Assembly (NCBI GenBank): GCA_963705705.1
Contig: CAVPKK010000003.1
Coordinates: forward strand, 128,001 to 192,000
DNA from: an uncultured bacterium
Lineage (GTDB): Bacteria; Babelota; Babeliae; Babelales; JABCYS01
Reading direction: 5' to 3'
Length of the DNA: 64,000 bases
Each line of letters begins with the position of its first letter. Position 1 is the stretch's first letter. A program made the translations under genes and the position numbers. Of the stretch, positions 46,345 to 55,749 are shown piece after piece. Below the pieces are notes generated by a model, which was not told the DNA's origin, made no database searches, and saw only the letters and a list, made by a program, of their open reading frames with translations.

Positions 46345-47326
46345 GGAAGTAGGAATATTAGGCGAAGGTGCATTTGGAACGTCCATCGCCTGCCTTCTAG
46401 CCGACAATGGCTATCAGGTGAAGCTTTGGTGCCATGATCAGGATGTTCCAAATATCATTAAAACAACCGGCATCAACCAACGATATTTGCCTGATATACA
46501 ACTAAACTCACTCATCACCCCAACCAGCAGTTATGAAGAGCTTTTTTCTTGCACGTACATTTTTGAAGCAATCCCTGTTAAATACCTCAGATCAGTTTTA
46601 ACTGAAGCGCTCCCTCATATTCGATTTACGCATAGCTGGATTCTTATGAGCAAAGGCATTGAAAATGATACGCTCAAATTTCCCTCGCAAATCCTAGAAG
46701 ATGTTTGCAATACAAAAGAATTTTGCACCCTTGGCGGCCCGAGCTTTGCAATCGAAATTGCAACCAAACAACCAACGGCGGTAACGATTGCCGGCGATTG
46801 CGCTTTAGTGACTCAGGTTCAAAAAATGCTGGTAAATGAATATTTTCGACCCTACTCTTCAACCGATATCACGGGTGTTCAGATTGGCGGCGCGCTGAAA
46901 AATGTTATTTCGGTATTCATGGGAATGGCCAAGGGAACATCAGAAAATACTCAAGCGTTTCTTTTTACCCGCGGTTTATACGAAATAGTACAACTCACAG
47001 AAATCCTTGGTGGGCGGGCAGAAACAGTTTACGGTTTATCAGGCATTGGTGACTTGGTCTTATCCTCATTGAGTGGAAAAGGGCGAAATGCCACAGCAGG
47101 TGCTTTATTGGCACAAGGCAGATCATTAAAAGAAATTGAACAACAATTTCGCGTATTGCCAGAAGGGTTTAATACCATTGTTTCTATGTATCAACTTATT
47201 CAGCAACGGAATCTAGATTTACCGTTGTGCGCCGCAATCTATGGCATGGTCTACCAAGGCCGCCAGCTTCACGATGTAATGAATGAAATGATGAATCGCC
47301 CGCTTGAACAAGAATGCGGTTTATAG
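46313..47326 (+). CDS. gpsA: NAD(P)H-dependent glycerol-3-phosphate dehydrogenase
   Basis: GEGAFGT, SKGIE, GPSFA, GGALKNV, GLSGIGDL. Confidence 0.94.
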   Translation: MKPVNEISAVKEVGILGEGAFGTSIACLLADNGYQVKLWCHDQDVPNIIKTTGINQRYLPDIQLNSLITPTSSYEELFSCTYIFEAIPVKYLRSVLTEALPHIRFTHSWILMSKGIENDTLKFPSQILEDVCNTKEFCTLGGPSFAIEIATKQPTAVTIAGDCALVTQVQKMLVNEYFRPYSSTDITGVQIGGALKNVISVFMGMAKGTSENTQAFLFTRGLYEIVQLTEILGGRAETVYGLSGIGDLVLSSLSGKGRNATAGALLAQGRSLKEIEQQFRVLPEGFNTIVSMYQLIQQRNLDLPLCAAIYGMVYQGRQLHDVMNEMMNRPLEQECGL

Positions 47327-47399
47327 TGCTTGCCCATTTTTGAACTCTATCCTAAGCTGGCCGTGTATTTTGTATAACCTATTCTTTGAGGATTTTAGA

Positions 47400-48047
47400 A
47401 TGAAGAATAATCTTGTATTAGCAATGCTTATCTTTTGTAGCGCTTCAATTGATTCCTTATTTGCTGCGGGTGTGCCCGATCTGGCAGATGTGCGAAAAGC
47501 TTTCAATGTTACAAATCTTCGCAATGATTTCCTGACAAACGGCGTTTCCGCCGATTTTCGCCGACTCTTTCCTAAAGAAGTGAATAATCTCCAAGCAGTA
47601 TTGGATCGTACAAAAAAAGGGCTTACTGCGCATGAGCAGGCACAGGCAGAATGCCAAATCGATCAATACTCAGTATGTCTGATCAATAAATTAATAGCTG
47701 CTAAATATGAAGAGATCGTCAATGCTGCTGGCGAAAATGGAGCTGATAGAATTAAGGCAGGTGATGTTACTCGTGATTTAAAACACTTTGTTGAATTGCA
47801 AGAAAGAATAGTTTCAGAAACGGCAAAACACCTTGACCTACCGCCTTTAAAGATCGATGACAGCCCAGTTGATAATAACAATAATAAGGGTTGGAGCTGC
47901 ACAATAACAGAATTATTCCTTGGCGGCGATCGTAAGTATCTCACATATGCTGCCGTTACAAGTGCGGTAGCCTTAACCATCTACTATTGGGATAACATTA
48001 ATGCATGGCTTGCTGGTGAACCAACAGATTCAACTCAACCGGCATAA
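47400..48047 (+). CDS. hypothetical secreted protein with C-terminal TM
   Basis: GAGGA RBS, signal peptide, C-terminal YLTYAAVTSAVALTIYYW. Confidence 0.75.
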   Translation: MKNNLVLAMLIFCSASIDSLFAAGVPDLADVRKAFNVTNLRNDFLTNGVSADFRRLFPKEVNNLQAVLDRTKKGLTAHEQAQAECQIDQYSVCLINKLIAAKYEEIVNAAGENGADRIKAGDVTRDLKHFVELQERIVSETAKHLDLPPLKIDDSPVDNNNNKGWSCTITELFLGGDRKYLTYAAVTSAVALTIYYWDNINAWLAGEPTDSTQPA

Positions 48048-48070
48048 ATTTTAAATTATTTTTGCGATAT

Positions 48071-48101
48071 GAAAGGCTGCATAATTCTATGTGGCCTTTT
48101 C
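48071..48101 (+). terminator. probable intrinsic terminator
   Basis: gaaaggctgcata...tatgtggccttttc. Confidence 0.6.
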
Positions 48102-48119
48102 TATTTTGAGACTAAGTTC

Positions 48120-48389
48120 ATGAAATTATATTTATATGGACTACTATGCTGCAGTATCGCCTACAGTGTGGTGAGCGCACCACGGCCTGCACACGTACAC
48201 ACGCCGGCGGCATCAGTAGAATCGGAGCAAAAAACTAAGGATAAGGAAGCGCAATTAAAGCTTGCTCTTGCGCGCTCAAATGAAAAACTTGCCGCAGAAA
48301 TAATGGCATTGTTCGAGCAATATAGAAAATTACTATGGTTGGAGAATCGTAAAAGAAGTAATGGATTACTCAAACATTATTCTGAGTAA
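48120..48389 (+). CDS. small hypothetical secreted protein
   Basis: MKLYLYGLLCCSIAYSVVSA signal peptide then helical region. Confidence 0.55.
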   Translation: MKLYLYGLLCCSIAYSVVSAPRPAHVHTPAASVESEQKTKDKEAQLKLALARSNEKLAAEIMALFEQYRKLLWLENRKRSNGLLKHYSE

Positions 48390-48403
48390 GCCAAAAGTTA
48401 TAA

Positions 48404-49093
48404 CTATTCTACTTCTAATGAAATCTGTATCGGTTTGCTGAGATCAATGAGTGAACCTGGCAGTGGTTTTTGTTCTGCCACCAAACAATTAATGCATTCA
48501 TGATCATCATCCATCACATGAGGATGGAACACATTTGCGTTCAATTGGTACTGTTTTAATAACTCTAATACAGCGCGAATTGGTTGACCGCGAAGGACTG
48601 GAAAAATAAGCGGTCGTTCATCACCAATGCTTGCATACAAAATCATTTTTCCTTCGACAGGCTGACCAGCCTGCGGCCATTGGCTAAAACAGGTATTAAC
48701 TGGTTGTGAACTGGCTAAATAATGTATGTGAGCACGAATATTATGACTATGCAACAACGGTTCAATTTCCTGAATCTTCTTCCCTGCACATGCTGGGGCA
48801 ATGCGTTCTATTTTTTTTGTAATAACAATGAATACGGATTGTTGCTGCTTTACCTTATGGCCCGCTCGCGGCGTTTGAGAAACTACCGTTCCTGATGGCA
48901 AATCTGCATCTTCCTGCTCCCGCACAATACGCACATTTAAATGATGGTCCGAAAGGGTTTTAATAGCCTGAATGAGCGGTAGGCCTACCACGGCCGGCGT
49001 TGGAAATTCGCCTCGGGTCGTGAAGAAATGTACAGCTTGATAGCCTGAGAGGAAACATATGAAGGGAAGGGTCCAGAACCAATTTGCATTCAT
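48404..49093 (-). CDS. PASTA-domain protein
   Basis: P.VVG, GTVVSQTP.AG, SQWP.AG, EQKPLPG repeats. Confidence 0.85.
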   Translation of the reverse strand: MNANWFWTLPFICFLSGYQAVHFFTTRGEFPTPAVVGLPLIQAIKTLSDHHLNVRIVREQEDADLPSGTVVSQTPRAGHKVKQQQSVFIVITKKIERIAPACAGKKIQEIEPLLHSHNIRAHIHYLASSQPVNTCFSQWPQAGQPVEGKMILYASIGDERPLIFPVLRGQPIRAVLELLKQYQLNANVFHPHVMDDDHECINCLVAEQKPLPGSLIDLSKPIQISLEVE

Positions 49094-49139
49094 ATATGAT
49101 CGATTTGATTCCAAAAACTACGTATTGTCCTGGGATTTT

Positions 49140-49488
49140 TACTGAAGTCAGCGCATAAGCCGGATTTTGTACAAAGGGCAACCATTTATCTATGCGACAT
49201 ACCCGCGTGCAATGCAACAAACAACTAAACACGCTTATTTTGTCTTGCTCCAGGTAGGGTTTGTCCCAATATGCCGTTACCGACATATTGCGTGCGCTCT
49301 TACCGCACATTTTCACCATCACCGCTCTTGCGAGAGGCTGTTATTTTCTGTGACACTATCCATCGCAGGGCTTGTACCACCCGCGTCCGCAGTTGAATTT
49401 CTTCTCCGGCGGTACCTTGTTTGTTAGGAGTCCGGACTTTCCTCACACCCACTGAAGGATGCGCGATTGCCAGGGCTGAACATCAGTA
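49140..49488 (-). ncRNA. rnpB: RNase P RNA (class A)
   Basis: Minus strand gaggaaagtccggactcc near the 5' end, acaaaatccggcttat near the 3' end, complementary P1 ends tactga/tcagta. Confidence 0.95.
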
Positions 49489-49569
49489 GGGATACTATAC
49501 CTGATTTCCCAATTTTCTCTAAATGGTTAGGCGATGGCAAAAGCCAGGATATCTAGAGATTGGTCTTCA

Positions 49570-49914
49570 TTATATGACTCTTAAAAGAACTGGCAGGGCA
49601 TATATCTGCAAGAGCACCGTTAACGTCGCGAAGGCCAGGGTGACCCAAAGATGACTGGCTAATTGATGTCTAATGGAAAGAGCAATAATGGTCAGGGGCA
49701 GTAAAATAAGAAAATTAGTCCCGTATCTGCCATATACCAGAAAAGACTCGAGCCCTGAGAGTGCGAGCGCGGTAATTAATGCTGGGTATTGAATCGGCGA
49801 GCGCAGAAGGAGTGTGCTGTAACAGGCGACCACCCCATACATTATTGGGATTTCAAATAACTGATAGAGAAACGTATCTGCGAAAAAAAGTATCAATGGT
49901 ATTAACGGGTTCAT
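49570..49914 (-). CDS. small hypothetical membrane protein
   Basis: About 114 aa, very hydrophobic. Confidence 0.65.
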   Translation of the reverse strand: MNPLIPLILFFADTFLYQLFEIPIMYGVVACYSTLLLRSPIQYPALITALALSGLESFLVYGRYGTNFLILLPLTIIALSIRHQLASHLWVTLAFATLTVLLQIYALPVLLRVI

Positions 49915-49984
49915 AGTTTTATGTTCGTAATAATGACAAATATTGTTCTTTTTTAACACATTATGAATCAAAAGCTATAAAAGC

Positions 49985-50012
49985 TTGACACCCCAGATGA
50001 TTTGGGTAAAAC
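49985..50012 (+). promoter_or_regulatory. putative sigma70 promoter
   Basis: TTGACA-16 nt-TAAACT upstream of the 50082 gene. Confidence 0.55.
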
Positions 50013-50081
50013 TTTGCTTCGTCTTTAATAACCATTTTGTATAACGTACAAAACAACCTACCCATACAAGGAGTCTTCATT

Positions 50082-50588
50082 ATGAAGAACACACTAAAGT
50101 TGACACTAGCGGTCGTTCTTGGCGTTGCTTCTGTTGCATCAGTATTTGCAGCGGGCGAGCCAGAAGTCACAAATAAAGCGCTAAAAATTGCGCTTGCTCA
50201 AGCTGTAGTTGATCTACGAGTACAAGAAGCTCGTGATGTTGTAAAAGCTCGTACAGATAAGTATGCAGCCGATACAAAAGACAAGAAAGAAGATGAAGTA
50301 AAGGCTCTTAAAGAAGCATTCGACAAAGAGATGAAAGATCTTGAAGTTAATGCTGCGATGATCAAGGGCATCAAAGAAGAAGTCCTTAGGAACAAAGACT
50401 TTGCTGGCGTGAAGATTGAAGAAATTCAAGATCCATCAGCAGCTTGTGGCTACTGTGCAGCAGCTAAGCAATTCTGCTTTGGTTCAAAGACCAAAACAGC
50501 AATTACTCTAGCAGCAACAGCAGTTGTAGGTTATGGCGCATACTCATTGTACGCTGCTAACCAAGCTGAAGACGCAGAAAATAACTAA
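50082..50588 (+). CDS. hypothetical secreted protein with C-terminal TM
   Basis: AAGGAG RBS, signal peptide, charged helices, CxxC, C-terminal hydrophobic helix, own promoter and terminator. Confidence 0.82.
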   Translation: MKNTLKLTLAVVLGVASVASVFAAGEPEVTNKALKIALAQAVVDLRVQEARDVVKARTDKYAADTKDKKEDEVKALKEAFDKEMKDLEVNAAMIKGIKEEVLRNKDFAGVKIEEIQDPSAACGYCAAAKQFCFGSKTKTAITLAATAVVGYGAYSLYAANQAEDAENN

Positions 50589-50630
50589 ACTGCATCTTTG
50601 AATTTGCACTACTCTATCGGGTAGGTGAGG

Positions 50631-50660
50631 TAAAAGGCCGTACTTAGTGCGGCCTTTTTT
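50631..50660 (+). terminator. intrinsic terminator
   Basis: aaaaggccgtac ttag tgcggcctttttt. Confidence 0.8.
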
Positions 50661-50759
50661 CACGTCTATATAAATTACTTATGCAAAACTTGAAGAACCA
50701 AATTGTTTCTTTATTAGTTAGCGATGAATTCGCGCATGTTAGAATGAGCCTCGAACAAA

Positions 50760-50871
50760 CAACATACGGAGGCAGGAGGCGGAGCGGGGGAGGGTTTTTA
50801 GGAAATTCTTGGGGTCCCCAGGTTCGGGTTCCCTTTCAGGGTGAACTTGGGGTAAAGCGAACCGGACCCTT
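50760..50871. repeat. family C-like repeat (minus strand) with inserted family B module (50811-50855)
   Basis: ggggagggttttta...[ggggtccccaggttcgggttccctttcagggtgaacttggggtaa]agcgaaccggaccct. Confidence 0.78.
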
Positions 50872-50905
50872 AGCAAGAACCTAATAAACAACAATAAGGT
50901 TATAT

Positions 50906-52822
50906 ATGCACTCGCGTTCTAGAATCTCAATATTTGCTTCCGTTCTTTGTACTATCTTAATTCTGACTGCCGCCTTTGCACTCGGGGCAACCTACCATCT
51001 ATTCTCCAAAAAAATTGTCGACCTTTCACCACTAGAACAATACAATCCCGGCAAGCCAACAATCATACTCGATGACGAAGGCCACGAATGGGCACGCTTT
51101 GCATTCGATCGCCGTGAACCGGTTCCATTTGAACGTTTACCAAAAGTTTTGATCAATGCAGTACTCGCAGCCGAAGATCATGATTTTTTTTCGCATTCTG
51201 GCATTTCCATACGCGGCATCGTTCGTTCGCTCGTTGTTAACTTACTCAATGGTCGCAAGGTCCAAGGAGCTAGTACGATTACTCAGCAACTAGTTAAGTT
51301 GTTGTTTTTTGATGGTAGGAAAACATTTGAACGCAAACTTAAAGAACAGTTTTATGCTTTGCTCGTTGAACGCCAATGCACCAAAGAACAAATCCTCGAA
51401 ATTTATCTTAATCATGTGTATCTGGGCGCAGGTATTTATGGCGTTGAGGCAGCCAGCCAACGCTTTTGGAATATTTCAGTAAGCCAACTATCGATAGATC
51501 AAGCTGCGATGCTTGCCGGCATCATCAGATCACCAAGCCGTTATTGTCCACTTACATCGCCAATAAATGCGCAACGGCGGCGGAATTTAATCATTCGATT
51601 GATGCGCGATTACGGTTTTATTAGTTCGAAAGAATATGAACGGGCATATGCTAAGCCACTCATTTTGCATCAGCCACATAGCAAATCAGAATTTGCGCCG
51701 CATTTAAAAGAGGCAATACGTATCGAGCTCGAAGAAAAAGTAGGGCGCAAACAGCTCTATAGCGGTGGGCTTGTGGTACAAACCACTATTAATCGTCAAA
51801 TACAGGAAGCAGCGCAGAAGGTTTTTACCGAGCATGTCCAACGACTTAAGCAGTCAATGCATCCCTATATCGATGGGGCACTGATGACCCTTGATGTTCA
51901 ATCGGGTGAGATAAAAGCCATGGTAGGCGGTGTAGACTTTACCAATTCAAAATTTAATCGAGCCTTACAAGCCCGTCGCCAATTGGGATCAATTATTAAA
52001 CCCTTTATCTTCGCGGCGGCGGTAAAACAGGGTAGAACGTTTGCAGAAATGGCCATTGATGAGCCTATGGAAGTTCTGATGCCAAATGGCCAGCTTTGGA
52101 AGCCAAATAATGCTAGTGGATTATTTGAAGGTCCTATGACGCTCGCACGGGCGCTTGCAACCTCTAACAACTCAATAGCTATCAAAACATTGCTTGAGGT
52201 AGGATGCGATACGGCAAAATCATTGGCTGAAAAATGCAAAATTCCTGGACTAAAACCGTATCCAAGTTTAGCGCTTGGCTGCGTTGATGTAACAGTTAAT
52301 ACGGCTACCGCTGCCTTTAATGTGTTTGCTAATCATGGCGTATATGTTGCACCGTTTCATATTTCATGGATCAAAGATCAATGGGGAAAGAAAATATATA
52401 AACACCAGCCGGAAAGATACCGTGTTCTTCCCGCGCGCGTCAGCGATCAAGTAGCGAAGGTTCTTGGGTTGGCGACCGATCGGTTAAGAATACGATTAGG
52501 TGAACGAGGTTTAGCCAGCGATGTAATTGGTAAAACGGGAACTAATAATGAATTTCGAACCAACTTTTATATTGGTTCAACGCCATCATTGACCACTGGC
52601 ATTTATATCGGCTGCGATGATAATAGCCCTATGGGTAAAAATATGTTTGCTCGCAAGACGGCATTTCCAATTTTCTTCTCGCTGCATAAGCAAATACCAT
52701 CTGCGATAAAGAACTTCTCATTTGATCCAGGCTTGCGCGAACAGCTTATTGATGAAAAGACGGGTGATTTCTTGGATGATCCTAAAGACCCACATGCATG
52801 TTTGATTTTAGTGCCGCAGTGA
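50906..52822 (+). CDS. class A penicillin-binding protein (PBP1A-like)
   Basis: ED.DFF.H.G, GASTITQQL, RK..E, SIIK, SNN, KTGT. Confidence 0.93.
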   Translation: MHSRSRISIFASVLCTILILTAAFALGATYHLFSKKIVDLSPLEQYNPGKPTIILDDEGHEWARFAFDRREPVPFERLPKVLINAVLAAEDHDFFSHSGISIRGIVRSLVVNLLNGRKVQGASTITQQLVKLLFFDGRKTFERKLKEQFYALLVERQCTKEQILEIYLNHVYLGAGIYGVEAASQRFWNISVSQLSIDQAAMLAGIIRSPSRYCPLTSPINAQRRRNLIIRLMRDYGFISSKEYERAYAKPLILHQPHSKSEFAPHLKEAIRIELEEKVGRKQLYSGGLVVQTTINRQIQEAAQKVFTEHVQRLKQSMHPYIDGALMTLDVQSGEIKAMVGGVDFTNSKFNRALQARRQLGSIIKPFIFAAAVKQGRTFAEMAIDEPMEVLMPNGQLWKPNNASGLFEGPMTLARALATSNNSIAIKTLLEVGCDTAKSLAEKCKIPGLKPYPSLALGCVDVTVNTATAAFNVFANHGVYVAPFHISWIKDQWGKKIYKHQPERYRVLPARVSDQVAKVLGLATDRLRIRLGERGLASDVIGKTGTNNEFRTNFYIGSTPSLTTGIYIGCDDNSPMGKNMFARKTAFPIFFSLHKQIPSAIKNFSFDPGLREQLIDEKTGDFLDDPKDPHACLILVPQ

Positions 52823-52875
52823 TACTTGTCATCGGCATTAATGATTTGAATAATGGTGTTTAAAATGCCATTTTA

Positions 52876-52978
52876 GCGCTCTGATCCTTCGATCCTTCGA
52901 TAAACTCAGGAGTAAACTCTTCGACTCGAAAGTGATCGAGCGAAGGACGGAGCCTCGTCGAAGCCTCAGGATGAGCGC
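52876..52978. repeat. long family A composite (twin of 36647-36758)
   Basis: gcgctctgatccttcgatccttcgataaactcaggagtaaactcttcgactcgaaag...gcctcaggatgagcgc. Confidence 0.9.
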
Positions 52979-53011
52979 GGTCTTTTTTCGGCTTTGGCTA
53001 ATTTAGAGTAA

Positions 53012-54166
53012 TCAGAGCTTTGGCGGACATGCAGGATGAGCGCTTCGTAGCACCTGTCGGTGCATAATTTTTGATCTCAGTATTTTGTCTATTGCTTCGT
53101 GGAAGAGGGCAGGATTCTTTTCAATATCTCGTTGCAAACACACCGTAAACAAATCCGGAAACATACGCGCATATGCTCTTGCATTATCAACTTGGTGCGA
53201 TGTCGTCGAAGCGACCAGCGGAATAATGATAGTTTTGCAATCAAAGAATTTGAGTTCGGCCAAAGTGCCCGAGCCAGCCCGTGTAATGACCACATCTGCC
53301 AATTGGTACAAGGGTGCAAGATTGTGATGATAGGCAAAGGTCACGGCGGGAATAGCACGTTCTTTATAAAAAGCAGACCATTCTGTTTCGGTATAACTGC
53401 CGGTTTGATGAATAACTTGAATATGATCCAGGCGTTGATGCTCAACAACTATTTTCATCAGCTCATTCAAAAAATGAGAACCTTGTGAGCCGCCGATGAC
53501 AAAAATGGTTTTTCGATCAGAAGAAAAGCCAAGCTTATTGAGTTCTGTCTCGCGGTTAAAACTTGTTTTTACGTCTTGGCTAAAGCGCACAGGATATGAT
53601 GCAACTTCACATGCACGGTTCTTAAAATAATGCTGCGTTTCGCCAAAAACGATGTGAATCTTACTGGCGAGAGGGGCCAATAATTTGATCGTTTTGCCTG
53701 GTTCCACATTAAGCTCAAATAGTTCAATAGGGATACGCAAAAGCCAAGCTGCAAAACAAACCGGTATGGCAATAGAGCCGCCGGTTGTGATTACTTTATT
53801 TGGTTTATGCCTGCGCAGTGCATTAAGACTTGAAAAGAAAGCTCGTGCATAGTTAAAAAATGTTTTTGGCCAAAGCCATGGCTTGCGATAGGGAATAGTT
53901 GTTAGTGGCAGGGTAAGTAAATGATCAACAGCCTTTGATTGCGTGACTATTTTAGTATCCAAGGAAGAAGTCGACGTTATAAAAAGGACCGTAGCAGGTC
54001 CCAGACTTTTTTTCTGTTCAGCGATCGTCAAACAGGGAATAATATGGCCACCTGAATGAGCCGCAACAAGGGCTAGGCCCTTGACCGGAGGTGCACTCCC
54101 GCGGTCTAATGGCGAGTTCTTTTGATTATGAATGTCTAGCTCAGTAGTTTTTTTATTCGCTGGCAT
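53012..54166 (-). CDS. murG: MurG glycosyltransferase
   Basis: SGGHIIP, ELNVEPG, GGSQGS, ITRAGSGT, HQVDNA. Confidence 0.9.
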   Translation of the reverse strand: MPANKKTTELDIHNQKNSPLDRGSAPPVKGLALVAAHSGGHIIPCLTIAEQKKSLGPATVLFITSTSSLDTKIVTQSKAVDHLLTLPLTTIPYRKPWLWPKTFFNYARAFFSSLNALRRHKPNKVITTGGSIAIPVCFAAWLLRIPIELFELNVEPGKTIKLLAPLASKIHIVFGETQHYFKNRACEVASYPVRFSQDVKTSFNRETELNKLGFSSDRKTIFVIGGSQGSHFLNELMKIVVEHQRLDHIQVIHQTGSYTETEWSAFYKERAIPAVTFAYHHNLAPLYQLADVVITRAGSGTLAELKFFDCKTIIIPLVASTTSHQVDNARAYARMFPDLFTVCLQRDIEKNPALFHEAIDKILRSKIMHRQVLRSAHPACPPKL

Positions 54167-55749
54167 GCTTTCTGTTCTCGTGTTGTACGTGCAAACTGTT
54201 CGGCAAGGGCAAGTTCGCGATAGCTTCGCTCCTTATTGCCCATTTTTTCCATTATTTTAGCAAGATGTAAGTGCATCGCATAATCTTTGGGATTTTTGCC
54301 AATTAATTGTTCAAGTAGTTCCGTAGCTTTATCATATTTTTTCTGCCGGTACCAAATAACTGCTTGGGTATCTAAAAAGTGGGGGTTGTTTGGATCGGTC
54401 TTGATAGCTTTATCCAAATATTGCTGCGCTCGACTCACATCATGACCTTCTGTTGCATGGTAATATGCCAGAAGATTATAGAGCGGCGGGAAATCAGCCC
54501 CTGCATTCATGGCGGTCGTAAGTATTTCATTCATCTTCTCATACTGCTCTTGCTCAAAATGAATGATGCCCATGTTATACCATAAACGCACCTTTTGCGT
54601 GTGGTCGGCTGCCAGTGCAAGCGCTTTTGTATGATATTGTAAAGCCTTATCAAATTGGCCTGCGCGTGTATAAAGATCGGCCAGATAGAGTTGCGGAAGC
54701 CGCTCATTGGGATGTGTTTTTTCGACTGCTACTAGCACATTAATTGCTTGTTCAGGAGGCAGCTTGTTGCCGGTAACCATCCAATGGAATGATTTATACC
54801 AGGTTTCGTCATTCGGCTCGCTCATCATCGATTTTTGCAGGAGGGCGAGAGCCTCGGTAGTCTTTTTCTGGCTCATCAACTGTTGCAGCTGGGCAAGGCG
54901 GGCATCTTTATCATTTTTTGCCATCTTTGGTTGCGATAAGTGTTTGCTACGCAGAAGTAGCCGTTGTAGTTGCTGCTCAATAGTTTTATTTGGGCCAACA
55001 ACATTCAAATAGTTTCGGTAGCCAGATATTGCTTCTTCAATGGCGCCTTGCTGCTCAAGAAGCATCCCTAAGAAAATCCATCCTTGCTCATAACGCGGAC
55101 ACATTTCCAAACTTTTTTTTGCTTCTTCGATTGCTTTCTGCTTATTGTTCAGTTGTACATACAATTGTGATTTCAGAAAATGGAATAGGCAGAGCCTCGG
55201 ATGAGTTGGCACATTATTAAGCATGGTATCAATGGCACTCAATGCTCTCGTGATGTCCCCTCGTTTTGTATATGCCTGTGCTGCAAAGAGGGTGAGTTCA
55301 GGGCTTTTTTTAATCTTTTTCTGCAACTCTATTGCTCGTTCATCAGCGGCATCTTGGTCTTCCATTTTTGGCGAGTTGTAGAGCGATTGTATAAAAATAA
55401 GTTGAATTGAAAGATCATCTTTAAAATACTGATCCAATTTTGGAATCATTGCGATGATTGGCTGGTAGTTGTCGGTTGCAAAAAGTAACTGAAGAAATCC
55501 CTCATAGGCATAGGGGGATGGATTATCATTCAGCACGTGTTGAAAATGAGCAAATGACTTTGGTCCAGAACCGGCCGCAAGTTCGTATGAACCTAATATA
55601 TATTCTTGGTACTTTTGCCCATCAACGCCTTGAAGGCTCGATAAAGAGTCTGAACTTTTATCGAGTACTGAGGGATGGCTGACGGCAGATAGATGCGAAT
55701 AGGGGAAACCCAACTGTAAAAGCAGAATTACTATTTTTTTTTGACGCAT
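54136..55749 (-). CDS. secreted TPR-repeat protein
   Basis: Multiple TPR-like helices, YNLLAY, P.NPHFLDT. Confidence 0.85.
   Translation of the reverse strand: MRQKKIVILLLQLGFPYSHLSAVSHPSVLDKSSDSLSSLQGVDGQKYQEYILGSYELAAGSGPKSFAHFQHVLNDNPSPYAYEGFLQLLFATDNYQPIIAMIPKLDQYFKDDLSIQLIFIQSLYNSPKMEDQDAADERAIELQKKIKKSPELTLFAAQAYTKRGDITRALSAIDTMLNNVPTHPRLCLFHFLKSQLYVQLNNKQKAIEEAKKSLEMCPRYEQGWIFLGMLLEQQGAIEEAISGYRNYLNVVGPNKTIEQQLQRLLLRSKHLSQPKMAKNDKDARLAQLQQLMSQKKTTEALALLQKSMMSEPNDETWYKSFHWMVTGNKLPPEQAINVLVAVEKTHPNERLPQLYLADLYTRAGQFDKALQYHTKALALAADHTQKVRLWYNMGIIHFEQEQYEKMNEILTTAMNAGADFPPLYNLLAYYHATEGHDVSRAQQYLDKAIKTDPNNPHFLDTQAVIWYRQKKYDKATELLEQLIGKNPKDYAMHLHLAKIMEKMGNKERSYRELALAEQFARTTREQKACQRIKKLLS

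Noticed and set aside
48960..49427. ORFs of 120 aa and 86 aa
   Set aside because: They overlap the RNase P RNA gene.
50681..50884. 67-aa ORF containing RVPFQGELGVK
   Set aside because: Mostly translation of the C+B repeat composite; no evidence it is a real gene.
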